From: Desulfovibrio sp.
Lineage (GTDB): Bacteria > Desulfobacterota > Desulfovibrionia > Desulfovibrionales > Desulfovibrionaceae
Assembly (NCBI GenBank): GCA_031287575.1
Contig: JAITSV010000051.1
Span: 9,897-33,896 of the forward strand
DNA: 24,000 nt
Direction: 5' to 3'
Positions within the stretch are counted from its first letter, which is position 1, and every line of letters begins with the position of its first letter. Below the pieces are notes generated by a model that ran no database searches, was not told the DNA's origin, and worked only from the letters and a program-made list of their open reading frames with translations. The position numbers were made by a program, and so were the translations under genes. Shown piece by piece: positions 1 to 8,023 of this stretch.

Positions 1-1
1 G

Positions 2-109
2 GATTCCGGCAACGACGACCTCGGCGACGAGGACGACGATGAAGGCCAGGACGGCGGTGGGGACGGCGGCGGGGACGAACGCCGCAACGGCGGCTACCCG
101 GTACAGTAG
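2..109 (+). CDS. Possible 3-prime end of a gene running in from the left edge; acidic Gly/Asp-rich C-terminal tail (…DDLGDEDDDEGQDGGGDGGGDERRNGGYPVQ*)
   Basis: Frame 2 is open from the window edge to TAG at 107-109. Third-codon positions are mostly G/C, as in the real genes here. It converges on the hairpin at 181-212. No recognisable domain. Confidence 0.3.
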   Translation, partial: DSGNDDLGDEDDDEGQDGGGDGGGDERRNGGYPVQ

Positions 110-180
110 CGCCCAGGCAGGGATGCCGGAAGCGGAAAGGACCTACCGGAAGCGAAAAACTGGCCGGAAACGGACGGCAA

Positions 181-212
181 CGAAAGGGGACGCCACATGG
201 CGTCCCCTTTCG
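181..212. terminator. Bidirectional intrinsic terminator hairpin between convergent genes
   Basis: Near-perfect palindrome CGAAAGGGGACGCCA-ca-TGGCGTCCCCTTTCG with about 14 bp of stem. TTTCG follows the stem on both strands. It lies 39 nt downstream of the minus-strand HD-GYP gene stop at 251. Confidence 0.75.
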
Positions 213-250
213 CGTGCTTCTTCGGCCTCCGCGTTGCGGCAATGCCGCGC

Positions 251-1507
251 TCAGCGCCGGATATGGCGCGTGAACTTGCTGCGCGCCTTGCCCTGCGCCT
301 CGGCCGCGGTGTCGATGATCTCGTCCCGCCGCGACTCCAGCGTGGCCACCACGCCCCTGTCCAGCAGCCCCCGGCGCACCCCGTCGCGCAGCACGTCGAT
401 GATCTCGTCGCGGCGCATGCCCGCGCGGTAGGGCCGGTCCTCGGCCAGGGCGGTGCACATGTCGGCCACGGCCATGATCCGCGAACCGATGCTGAGGCCG
501 CCCGCCCCGATACGGAACGGATAGCCGGAGCCGTCGAGCTTCTCGTGGTGAAACGCCGCCCATTCGGCGATGCCGCCAAGCCCCTTCATGGAGTTGAGCA
601 CCAGATAGGTGTGATAGGTGTGCTGGCGCATGACGGCGAATTCCTCGTCGGTGAGGGGTCCCGCCTTTTCCAGAATGGCGTTGGGCACCACCATCTTGCC
701 GAGGTCGTGCAGGTTGCCCGCGATCTCCATCAGGCGCGCCTCGGGCTCGGGCAGGCCGAAGGCCCGCGCCAATGCCCCGGCGGATGCGGAAACCCCGGCG
801 GAATGGGTGGCGGTGAACGGAGAGCGGAAGTCGATGATCTCGCGCACCAGCAGCGACCACGTGCGCACGCCGTCCAGGTCCAGTTGCAGGCGGCGGCAGG
901 GGTTGCGCTCGCTCAGAAAGGTGAACAGACGCGGCGAGACAAGGTTCAGCCAGAATTCGTCCCGGCCGGAAACCAGCAGAAAGGCCTCCACCACCCGGCG
1001 GTCAATGGCGCAGCCCGACATACGGCGGATTTCCGCGGTGAGGTCGTCGTGCTGGTGCAGCACGTAGATGCGCCGGTCCATGGACCGTTCCAGCGTGTCG
1101 GCCAGCAGGACGATCTGGGCCAGCAGGCCCACGCGCGGATCGGGGCCATGCGTCTCCAGTTCCGGCAGCGTGGCATGGTGCAGGCGCACCACCTCCGCCG
1201 CCTCGGCCAGGCCCGGCCCCTGCGCCAGCAACCCCGCGCCCACGGCGCAATGCTCGTCCATGCTTTCCACGCGCGATGCGCGCACGTCCAGCTTGTCTTC
1301 CGGCGACAGCGCGCCCACGTCGTGCAGCAACGACGCGATGAACAACGTCTCCTTGTCCTTCTGCGGAAGGTCCAGTGCCTCGGCCAGTTCCCACGCCACG
1401 AAGGCGACCCGCAACTGATGCTGCGACAGCGAAGGGCTCGCGAGATCGAGCGCCTCCGAGATGGACAACAGCATGTCCGACAGGTCGACCGAAATCCCCG
1501 AATACAT
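251..1507 (-). CDS. HD-GYP domain c-di-GMP phosphodiesterase with an additional N-terminal HD-type domain (418 aa from ATG 1507)
   Basis: C-terminal HDLGK … HHEKLDGSGYP signature (HHExxDGxGYP). Upstream second HD motif LLHDVGA. The track ORF extends to a GTG at 1579, but the ATG at 1507 (MYSGISVDL…) preceded by a G-run is the more plausible start. Confidence 0.85.
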   Translation of the reverse strand: MYSGISVDLSDMLLSISEALDLASPSLSQHQLRVAFVAWELAEALDLPQKDKETLFIASLLHDVGALSPEDKLDVRASRVESMDEHCAVGAGLLAQGPGLAEAAEVVRLHHATLPELETHGPDPRVGLLAQIVLLADTLERSMDRRIYVLHQHDDLTAEIRRMSGCAIDRRVVEAFLLVSGRDEFWLNLVSPRLFTFLSERNPCRRLQLDLDGVRTWSLLVREIIDFRSPFTATHSAGVSASAGALARAFGLPEPEARLMEIAGNLHDLGKMVVPNAILEKAGPLTDEEFAVMRQHTYHTYLVLNSMKGLGGIAEWAAFHHEKLDGSGYPFRIGAGGLSIGSRIMAVADMCTALAEDRPYRAGMRRDEIIDVLRDGVRRGLLDRGVVATLESRRDEIIDTAAEAQGKARSKFTRHIRR

Positions 1508-1618
1508 GGCCCCCCCGGCACTGTCCCGGCAACGCGGCGCCACTCCGTGCCCGCATTGCGCGTCCGGCCACCGCACCACGTTCCCCGGCGGTGTCCGACA
1601 ACATTGATGGTCCTACAC

Positions 1619-1646
1619 TTTATCGACGAGCAAATGGCGATGTCAA
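1619..1646 (-). promoter_or_regulatory. Candidate sigma-70-type promoter for the HD-GYP gene
   Basis: On the minus strand: TTGACA (1646-1641), 16 nt spacer, GATAAA (1624-1619). It sits in a local AT-rich patch. The -35 is flanked by an 8-nt direct repeat CATTTGCT (plus-strand AGCAAATG at 1629-1636 and 1649-1656). Confidence 0.35.
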
Positions 1647-1819
1647 CAAGCAAATGACGTTTTACCGGATTCCCTGCCTGTCTGGGTGGGGTGCAGCCGT
1701 TGCATGCTCCTTGCGCGAGCGGGGTGGAACAACGCGGGCCGATACCGCCGTAGTGCTTTCCGGCGGACATTCCGCGCACTGGGCACACCGGGGCACGCCC
1801 CGCGCATGCGACAATGCAG

Positions 1820-1848
1820 AGAGGCCGGAAGCACTGCTTCCGGCCTCT
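1820..1848. other. Perfect 13-bp GC-rich hairpin in the gltX / HD-GYP intergenic region
   Basis: AGAGGCCGGAAGC-act-GCTTCCGGCCTCT. No adjacent T-run on either strand. It could be an RNA stability element, a secondary terminator or a protein site. Confidence 0.4.
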
Positions 1849-1962
1849 GATACGGCGTCAGTTCATGTACGGGGGGTGCGGCATCTTCATTGCGTATGCC
1901 ATGCGCGGAAAAACCGGAACATGGCGGGATGCCACGCGACATTGCAGCACGGACACGGCACG

Positions 1963-1987
1963 AAAACGTCACGGCGGCAGTGCCGTG
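1963..1987 (-). terminator. Candidate intrinsic terminator of gltX
   Basis: Minus strand: CACGGC-actgcc-GCCGTG followed by ACGTTTTCG. It starts 11 nt after the gltX stop (1998-2000). The stem is short at 6 bp. Confidence 0.45.
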
Positions 1988-1997
1988 CGTGCGCGGC

Positions 1998-3392
1998 CTA
2001 GCCCAGCGCCGTCGCCCGGTCGAGGCGGGCCAGGGTCTCGGCCCGGCCCAGCACTTCCATGATCTCGGGCAGGCCGGGGCCGCCCAGCGAGCCCGCCAGG
2101 GCCACGCGCAGCGGCGGGCCAACCTGCTTGAACTTCAGGCCGCCCTGCTCCACGTAGTCGTGCACCGCCTTTTCCAGCGTGGCCTTGTCGAAGGGGTCGG
2201 CCTGTTCCAGCAGCCCGCGCAGGGCCGCCACATGGGCCTTGCCCTCGGCGGTCAGGGCCTTGGCCACGGCGGCGGGGTCATGCTCCAGCGCGGCGGCGTC
2301 CACCAGCATGAAGCGCATCACCCTGGCAAGATCGGCCAGGTTCGAGGCACGCTCGCGGAACAGGGGCACCAGCGCGGTCAGCCGTTCGGGGGCCACGTCG
2401 AAGCCTTCCGCCTTCACGAAGGGCGCGGCCAGGCGGGCCAGATCGTCCACCGGGGTTTCGCGCAGGTAGTGGGCGTTCAGCCACTGCAACTTGTCCGGGT
2501 CGAAGGCGGCGGGGGCGCTGTTCAGGTTGTCGGTGGTGAACTTTTCCACCAACTCCTGCAACGCGAATATTTCCTGGTCGCCAAACGACCAGCCAAGGCG
2601 CACCAGATAGTTTACCAGCGCCTGGGGCAGCAGGCCGTCCTGCTCGTATTCGATGACCGCACGGGCGCCGTGACGCTTGGACAGCTTCTTCTTGTCCGGG
2701 CCAAGGATCATGGGCACGTGGCCGAATACGGGCAACGGCAGGCCCAGCGCCTGGTAGATCAGCACCTGCTTGGGCGTGTTGGACACGTGGTCGTCGCCGC
2801 GCAGCACGTGGGTGACCCCCATGGTGGCGTCGTCCACCACCACCGCCAGGTTGTAGGTGGGCGCGCCGTCGGCCCGGCGCAGCACCATGTCGTCCAGTTC
2901 CGCCACGTCGAAGGCCACGGTGCCCTTGACCATGTCCTCGAACACCACGCGGCCGGTCAGCGGGGCCTTCAGGCGCACCACCCGGCCGGGGCCGGGGCCA
3001 AGGCCGCGCTCGCGGCAGCGGCCGTCGTACTTGGGCTTCAGGCCGCGCTCGCGCGCCGTTTCGCGCATCTGCTCCACTTCTTCGGGCGTGCATTCGCACC
3101 AGTAGGCGTGGCCGGTTTCCAGCATGCGGTCGATGTAACCGTTGTAGATGTCGAAACGTCTGCTCTGGTAGATGAGGTCGCCGTCCCAGTCCAGGCCCAG
3201 CCAGCGCATGGAGGCCAGGATGGAGTCGGTGTACTCCTGCAGCGAGCGTTCCTGGTCGGTGTCTTCGATGCGCAGCAGAAAGGTGCCGCCGAAATGGCGG
3301 GCCAGCAGCCAGTTGAAGATGGCGGTGCGCGCGCCGCCGATGTGCAGGTGCCCGGTGGGGCTCGGCGCGAAGCGCGTGACGACCTTGGTCAT
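1998..3392 (-). CDS. gltX: Glutamyl-tRNA synthetase
   Basis: 464 aa. N-terminus MTKVVTRFAPSPTGHLHIGGART carries the class I HIGH motif. KLSKRHG is the KMSKS motif. Length and overall architecture are typical of bacterial GluRS. Confidence 0.97.
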   Translation of the reverse strand: MTKVVTRFAPSPTGHLHIGGARTAIFNWLLARHFGGTFLLRIEDTDQERSLQEYTDSILASMRWLGLDWDGDLIYQSRRFDIYNGYIDRMLETGHAYWCECTPEEVEQMRETARERGLKPKYDGRCRERGLGPGPGRVVRLKAPLTGRVVFEDMVKGTVAFDVAELDDMVLRRADGAPTYNLAVVVDDATMGVTHVLRGDDHVSNTPKQVLIYQALGLPLPVFGHVPMILGPDKKKLSKRHGARAVIEYEQDGLLPQALVNYLVRLGWSFGDQEIFALQELVEKFTTDNLNSAPAAFDPDKLQWLNAHYLRETPVDDLARLAAPFVKAEGFDVAPERLTALVPLFRERASNLADLARVMRFMLVDAAALEHDPAAVAKALTAEGKAHVAALRGLLEQADPFDKATLEKAVHDYVEQGGLKFKQVGPPLRVALAGSLGGPGLPEIMEVLGRAETLARLDRATALG

Positions 3393-3444
3393 GATGTTCT
3401 CCCCGTTCTTCGGGTGTCTGTATGGCGTGGAAAGCGTACCCGCA

Positions 3445-3489
3445 CCGGCCTGATTGGCCTGGCCGGCCTGATCGACCTGACCGGCCCGA
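3445..3489. repeat. Non-coding 9-nt tandem repeat, five degenerate copies
   Basis: CCGGCCTGA TTGGCCTGG CCGGCCTGA TCGACCTGA CCGGCCCGA. It lies 53-97 nt upstream of the gltX start codon. The unit resembles the reverse complement of the coding 9-mers at 11152-11214. Confidence 0.8.
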
Positions 3490-3649
3490 CGCGGCAGGCT
3501 GCCGGATGATGACGGCGTGCCCCGGACGGCGTGCTGCGGACGGTGTGCCGAAAGGAGGCTGCGCGAACCCGGAACGCGGGCGCGCCCAGTGCGGAAAAAA
3601 TACGGAAACGATGCGGAAAAATAGCGGGAAACGGCGCGCGGCGCGAAGG

Positions 3650-3883
3650 CTACACGGCCTCGACGCGCTTCACCTCGGCCACTTCCTTCAGCACCATGCG
3701 CTCCACGCCGCCCTTCAGGGTCTGCTGCGACATGGGGCAGCCCTTGCAGGCCCCGGTCAGGCGCACGCGGACCACGCCGTCGGCGGTGATCTCCACCAGT
3801 TCGACGTCGCCGCCGTCGCCCTGCAGATAGGGACGGACCTTGTCGAGGGCGGCCTGCACCCTTTCATGGATGGCATCGGACAT
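3650..3883 (-). CDS. Nfu / NifU C-terminal-domain Fe-S cluster scaffold or carrier protein (77 aa)
   Basis: MSDAIHERVQAALDKVRPYLQGDGGDVELV…LTGACKGCPMS, the Nfu-type CxxC motif. A strong AGGAGG sits 5 nt upstream of the ATG at 3883. The track ORF start at 3961 is an upstream extension. Confidence 0.88.
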   Translation of the reverse strand: MSDAIHERVQAALDKVRPYLQGDGGDVELVEITADGVVRVRLTGACKGCPMSQQTLKGGVERMVLKEVAEVKRVEAV

Positions 3884-4195
3884 GGAAACCTCCTGAAGTT
3901 CCCCCACCACCAAGAGGGAGAGGGGGACGAATGGCGTGCCGGGCAATGACATGCCTGACAAGGGCGGCGAACGCCGCGCCCTTCTACTGCCTTCGGCGGC
4001 GGGGTGTCAAACGGCGGTCTGGGATGGCGGAACGGAACAAGGATGCTAACCAGAAACATATGGGGGGATCACGTCCCCCCTTCCTGCTGGCTCGAAAAAT
4101 GCCTTTCTTCCCTATACTCCGCGCCGGGCTTCCGGCGCGGATGGCCAGTGCGGGCACGATGCGAGAAATTACGGGTTTTGCCCGCCGGGCAAGGC

Positions 4196-4253
4196 GGCGC
4201 GCGATTTTCGCGCGCAGTGTACTAAGGTACATGAGCACCGAAAATCGCGCGCC
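4196..4253. repeat. Perfect 15-bp inverted repeat with a nested hairpin
   Basis: GGCGCGCGATTTTCG (4196-4210) and CGAAAATCGCGCGCC (4239-4253) are separated by 28 nt. That spacer contains TGTAC-taag-GTACA. It lies in a 507-nt gap between the DUF2156 gene and the Nfu gene. Confidence 0.8.
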
Positions 4254-4390
4254 AACGCCGCCCGGCGGCAAAAGCGGCAGCCGTTATGCGAGCGAAGCGA
4301 ACATTACGGATGGCGACCGCAGAGCGTACGGATTTTGATGGCAGGGTGGCCGCGTTACCGCAGGCGTCTCCGTGCCATTATCTCTTCCCC

Positions 4391-5290
4391 CTACGCCGGG
4401 GCCACGTCCACCGCGAACTTCTTCAAAAAGCCCACGGGATTGTAGCTTTCCTTGGCCTGCCGCAGGCCCAGGTCGTCCAGATCCTGCTCGCGGTTGATGT
4501 ACCTAAAGCTCATGGCGTGCTCGCGCGCGTACAGGTTGTTGATGGCCTGGTACACGCCGCGATACTCCGGCTTGGCCTTCTCGAAGTGCACCACCAGCGT
4601 CTCGTCGTCCAGCCGCTCGCCCACGGTATAGGCAATCATCTTGCCGTCCACGTACAGCGACCCGCCGGAAAGCCCGGGAATCCTGTCCCAATGCTCCAGC
4701 ACCCTGCGCACGGCGGTATTTTCCGCCACCAGCGCTTTGGATTCGTCGCACTCGCGCCACTTGCACCATTCCTCCTGCATGTCCAGCACCGCCTCGATGC
4801 AGTCTGACGTCATGGGATGGTACTCGTGCGGGTAGGCCTTCAGAAAGCCGTTCACGTGGTTCTTCTTCTTGTGGAACCTGTTGCCCTTCAGTTCCGCCAG
4901 GTCCTGCGCGGCGTACAGGTAGTCCCACTGGCCGCGCGCCTCGGTCAGCGTCACCCGGTCGCCCAGGGCCTGGCGCCAGTGCTCGGCCAGCGATTCGGGC
5001 ACGCGGATGAACCGGGCCCCCGCGCCCAGCAGCGCGCACTGGCGCCAGTCGGCATCCAGCCACGGTCCCACGGGCGCCCACCACACCGGCTCGGGCCGGG
5101 TCTGGCGCAGCCAGCACAACCCGTGCGCAAAGGTCCATTCCAGGCCGTAGTATTCGGCCCAGCCCCAGACGTTGGTGAAACTGAAGTCCGACGCATGCTG
5201 CGGCGTGCGTGCGAAAAGGTCGAGGTACTCGGCCATGCGGTCGAGCGAGACGGGCCGGAACTCTCCGGGGGTCAACTCACTGTCGGTCAT
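4391..5290 (-). CDS. DUF2156 family protein (MprF C-terminal, aminoacyl-phosphatidylglycerol-synthase-like GNAT fold), 299 aa
   Basis: Recognised family pattern: SDFSFTNVWGW near the N-terminus and INREQDLDDLGLRQAKESYNP near the C-terminus. AAGGAG lies 8 nt upstream of the ATG at 5290. The start overlaps the upstream MATE gene by 14 nt. Confidence 0.7.
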   Translation of the reverse strand: MTDSELTPGEFRPVSLDRMAEYLDLFARTPQHASDFSFTNVWGWAEYYGLEWTFAHGLCWLRQTRPEPVWWAPVGPWLDADWRQCALLGAGARFIRVPESLAEHWRQALGDRVTLTEARGQWDYLYAAQDLAELKGNRFHKKKNHVNGFLKAYPHEYHPMTSDCIEAVLDMQEEWCKWRECDESKALVAENTAVRRVLEHWDRIPGLSGGSLYVDGKMIAYTVGERLDDETLVVHFEKAKPEYRGVYQAINNLYAREHAMSFRYINREQDLDDLGLRQAKESYNPVGFLKKFAVDVAPA

Positions 5291-6698
5291 GCGAGGCGGC
5301 TCCTTGTGACGCGGCCTGGCGGCCATTGCGCCGGATCATGCTGAACCGGCTCCAGTCATGCGTGTGGAACAGCCACAACATGACCAGAGACTGGAACACC
5401 TGGGAAACGAACATGGCAAGAAATATCCCCGCCGCATCGCGCCACACCACATGGCCCATGGCCCATGCCAGCGGCAGTCGCACGAACCACGTGGCCGAAC
5501 CGTACACCAGAAAGGAGTACAGGGTGGCGCCCGCGCCGGTCATGACCCCGCCAAGGGTCATGCTGGCCACGGTGAAGGGGATGGAAACAAGGTTGTAGCG
5601 CAGATAGCTGACCACCTGCACGGCCACGGCGGGTTCCGGGGCCAGCCAGGCGGCGATGTCGGCCGTCCACGGCCAGAGCAGCACGGCGAACACGCTCATG
5701 GATGCGCAGCCGACGCCCAAGAGGCGCAGGCTGACCCGCACCGCCTCCGGCTTGCGGCCCGCGCCCAGCAGATGGCCCACCAGCACCGAGGCGGTCATGT
5801 TGAAGGCCAGAGCGGGCAGAAAGATGAACGACTCAACGCGCATGCCCGCCGTCATGCCCGCCAGGGCCGCCACGCTGCCCACGGGCAACGACGCGGCGAT
5901 GGAGAACAGCACCAGATAGCCGAGGTTCCACATGATTTGCAGCCCGGCGGCAGGCGCGGCCACGCGGATGAGATACGGCGCCCCGCGCCGCATCCAGCGC
6001 AAGGGGGGGAACGAGGCGCGTTGCAGCAACTCGCGGTCGCGGACCAGCATGGCCATGTTCAGCACCGCACCGATCATGATGGCGACGAAGGTGGCCCAGG
6101 CCACCCCGGCATATCCGTACGCGGGCAGGCCCCACAGCCCGAGGCCGAACCCCAGGGTACCCCCGGCGTTGACGACGCACACCACCACCATGGACAGCAG
6201 CGGCGCGATCATGCGCTTGCGGGCGCGGAACACCGCCCCGGTGATGGTGAACAGGTAGTTGGCGGGCAGGCCCAGCAGATACACCTTCCAGAAGTACGAG
6301 GCCACCGGCATGACGGGTTCCGGCACCTGCAACAGGCGCAGGAAGGGTTCTATGGTGCCCAGGCCCAGCAGCATGATGCCGACGCCCACCGTACAGCCCC
6401 CGGCCAGCACCATGCCCGCGTAGCGCCGGGCACGCGGCAGCAGCCCCGCGCCCAGTGCCTGGCTGATGGCCGCGACCCCGGCGTTGGCCCCGGCCACCGC
6501 CACCACCAGCAGAAAGAACAGGCACTGCGAGACGAGGCCGATGGCGGCCTGCACCTCCGCCTGGATGCGGCCGGCCACCCACACGTCGGTGAACCCGATG
6601 AGGAAGTGGAAAAGCATCATCAGCATCTGGGGCCATGTCAGCCGCCAGATGCCGCTGTAGGAAGCGTCGTCGCCCAGCGGGCGCGCGTGCTGCGACAT
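5277..6698 (-). CDS. MATE family efflux transporter (473 aa from ATG 6698)
   Basis: About 12 predicted hydrophobic helices. The N-terminal IWRLTWPQMLMMLFHFLIGFTDVWVAGRI is typical of NorM/DinF-type MATE proteins. The track start at 6767 is a GTG extension. Confidence 0.85.
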   Translation of the reverse strand: MSQHARPLGDDASYSGIWRLTWPQMLMMLFHFLIGFTDVWVAGRIQAEVQAAIGLVSQCLFFLLVVAVAGANAGVAAISQALGAGLLPRARRYAGMVLAGGCTVGVGIMLLGLGTIEPFLRLLQVPEPVMPVASYFWKVYLLGLPANYLFTITGAVFRARKRMIAPLLSMVVVCVVNAGGTLGFGLGLWGLPAYGYAGVAWATFVAIMIGAVLNMAMLVRDRELLQRASFPPLRWMRRGAPYLIRVAAPAAGLQIMWNLGYLVLFSIAASLPVGSVAALAGMTAGMRVESFIFLPALAFNMTASVLVGHLLGAGRKPEAVRVSLRLLGVGCASMSVFAVLLWPWTADIAAWLAPEPAVAVQVVSYLRYNLVSIPFTVASMTLGGVMTGAGATLYSFLVYGSATWFVRLPLAWAMGHVVWRDAAGIFLAMFVSQVFQSLVMLWLFHTHDWSRFSMIRRNGRQAASQGAASHDRQ

Positions 6699-6854
6699 CT
6701 CGTGCCGTCCGTTCGGTTCGGTGGTGGGCGTCGCACCCGCCCGCAGGCATGATCCGGCGCAGGGCACGGGGCGCCGCCGCCCGCATGTACGGGTGGCCGC
6801 CTCCGTGGCCAGGCGCGCAAAAACCCACGGCCATGCCGGAAAAACCGGCAGGGC

Positions 6855-6878
6855 CGAAGGAAAGGCGCGCCGCGCGCC
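6855..6878 (-). terminator. Candidate terminator downstream of birA
   Basis: Minus strand GGCGCG-cgg-CGCGCC followed by TTTCCTTCGG, about 50 nt after the birA stop at 6929. Confidence 0.4.
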
Positions 6879-6928
6879 CGGTACCGGCGGGTCACACCGG
6901 CAGGGCGCGGCCCCGAAGAGATAGGTGC

Positions 6929-7927
6929 TTACGGCCTGCTGTCAATGACGTCGCCCGCATGCAGGCGATGTTCGTGCCCGGCGGCATCCACCAGGCGCAG
7001 CAGGCCGTCGGGGTCCACGTCGGCCACCAGCCCTTCCACCACGCCGTGCGGCGTGCCCACCCGCAGGGGGGTGCCGACGATGGCGGAAAGTTCCTTCCAG
7101 CGGGCGATGACCGGGCCGGGATCGCCCTCGCGCAGGGCGGCGTACCAGTGCTCGGCCCGTTCCAGAAAGGCGCGCAGCACGTCCACCCGCGATACGGGGC
7201 GGCCCAGCTCCGCCGCCAGCGAGGTGGCCTTGCCGCGCAGGTCTTCGGGCAGATCCTCGACGCGGGTATTCACGTTGATGCCCGCGCCGGTGACCACGTG
7301 GGACACCGTGTCGGCCACCAGCGCCACCTCGGTCAGGTTGCCCGACACCTTGCGGCCATGCAGCAGCACGTCATTGGGCCATTTGGCGCGCGGGGCAAGG
7401 CCGGTGACCTCTGCCACCGCCTCGGCCACGGCCACGGCGGTCATCAGGGTGACCAGCGGCGCGGCCTGCGGGGCAAGGCGGGGCCGCAGCACCAGCGAAA
7501 CGTACACCCCCACCCCGGCGGGCGACGCCCACACGCGACCGGCGCGGCCGCGACCGGCGGTCTGCGCCGAAGCCGCGACCACGGCGCCCTCGTCCGCCCC
7601 GCCCAGGGCCAGCAGCGCGGCCTCGCGGTTGGTGGAGTCGGTGGTTTCGTGCAGGACAAAGCCGCCCCGCCCGAAACAGCACGTGCTCAGCCCCCGGCGG
7701 ACACCATCAACGGTCAGCACGTCGGCCTCGGCCAGCATCCGGTATCCCCGGCGGGTCATGGCCTCGATCTGGTGCCCTTCACCGCGCAACGTCCGCACGT
7801 GCTTGGCCACGGCGGCCCGGCTTACACCAAGCTGCCGCGAAAGTTCCTCTCCCGACCGCCAGTTGCCGCCCGCTTCGCGCAACATGGCGAACACACGCAC
7901 CTTCGTGGTCGTCCTGTCTGTGTCCAC
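6929..7927 (-). CDS. birA: Bifunctional biotin-[acetyl-CoA-carboxylase] ligase / biotin operon repressor (class II BirA with N-terminal HTH)
   Basis: 332 aa. N-terminal winged HTH (GEELSRQLGVSRAAVAKHVRTLRGEG). Biotin-binding loop GRGRAGRVWASPAG (GRGRxGRxW). C-terminal SH3-like tail. Confidence 0.95.
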   Translation of the reverse strand: MDTDRTTTKVRVFAMLREAGGNWRSGEELSRQLGVSRAAVAKHVRTLRGEGHQIEAMTRRGYRMLAEADVLTVDGVRRGLSTCCFGRGGFVLHETTDSTNREAALLALGGADEGAVVAASAQTAGRGRAGRVWASPAGVGVYVSLVLRPRLAPQAAPLVTLMTAVAVAEAVAEVTGLAPRAKWPNDVLLHGRKVSGNLTEVALVADTVSHVVTGAGINVNTRVEDLPEDLRGKATSLAAELGRPVSRVDVLRAFLERAEHWYAALREGDPGPVIARWKELSAIVGTPLRVGTPHGVVEGLVADVDPDGLLRLVDAAGHEHRLHAGDVIDSRP

Positions 7928-7932
7928 GGCGA

Positions 7933-7965
7933 TTGTAAACCATCAGGCAATTGCTTGGTTGACAA
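7933..7965. promoter_or_regulatory. BirA operator (bioO) in the divergent birA / bioB control region
   Basis: TTGTAAACC (7933-7941), 15 nt spacer, GGTTGACAA (7957-7965). The arms match 8 of 9 positions as an inverted repeat and fit the known BirA-box form TTGTAAACC-N14/15-GGTTTACAA. The right arm contains a perfect -35 hexamer TTGACA (7959-7964) facing bioB, but the -10 (TACTCG) is poor. The site starts 6 nt from the birA start codon. Confidence 0.85.
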
Positions 7966-8023
7966 AATGGAACACGCCCGCTACTCGCCCTGAACTGCCA
8001 TTCAACAGGAGCGATACCGGAAC

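Noticed and set aside
197-1657. 486-aa plus-strand ORF antisense to the HD-GYP gene. Similar long antisense or out-of-frame ORFs occur throughout the track: 1890-3509, 5358-6752, 6635-7993, 7943-9175, 9016-10407, 11827-13890, 14510-15997, 16899-18431, 19348-20940 and 21508-23181.
   Set aside because: Their products are Arg/Gly/His/Gln-rich low-complexity strings with no motifs. Each lies opposite a gene with clear family signatures. Stop codons are rare in GC-rich DNA, so long spurious ORFs are expected.
1780-1812. GGGCACG-cccc-GCGCA, a sigma-54-like match on the plus strand.
   Set aside because: There is no plus-strand gene downstream, since gltX is on the minus strand, and the -12 region is poor.
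3924-3940. Sigma-54-like element on the minus strand upstream of the Nfu gene (CGGCACG-ccat-TCGT).
   Set aside because: The -12 element has GT instead of the near-invariant GC, and the leading T of the -24 element is missing. That is too weak to call.
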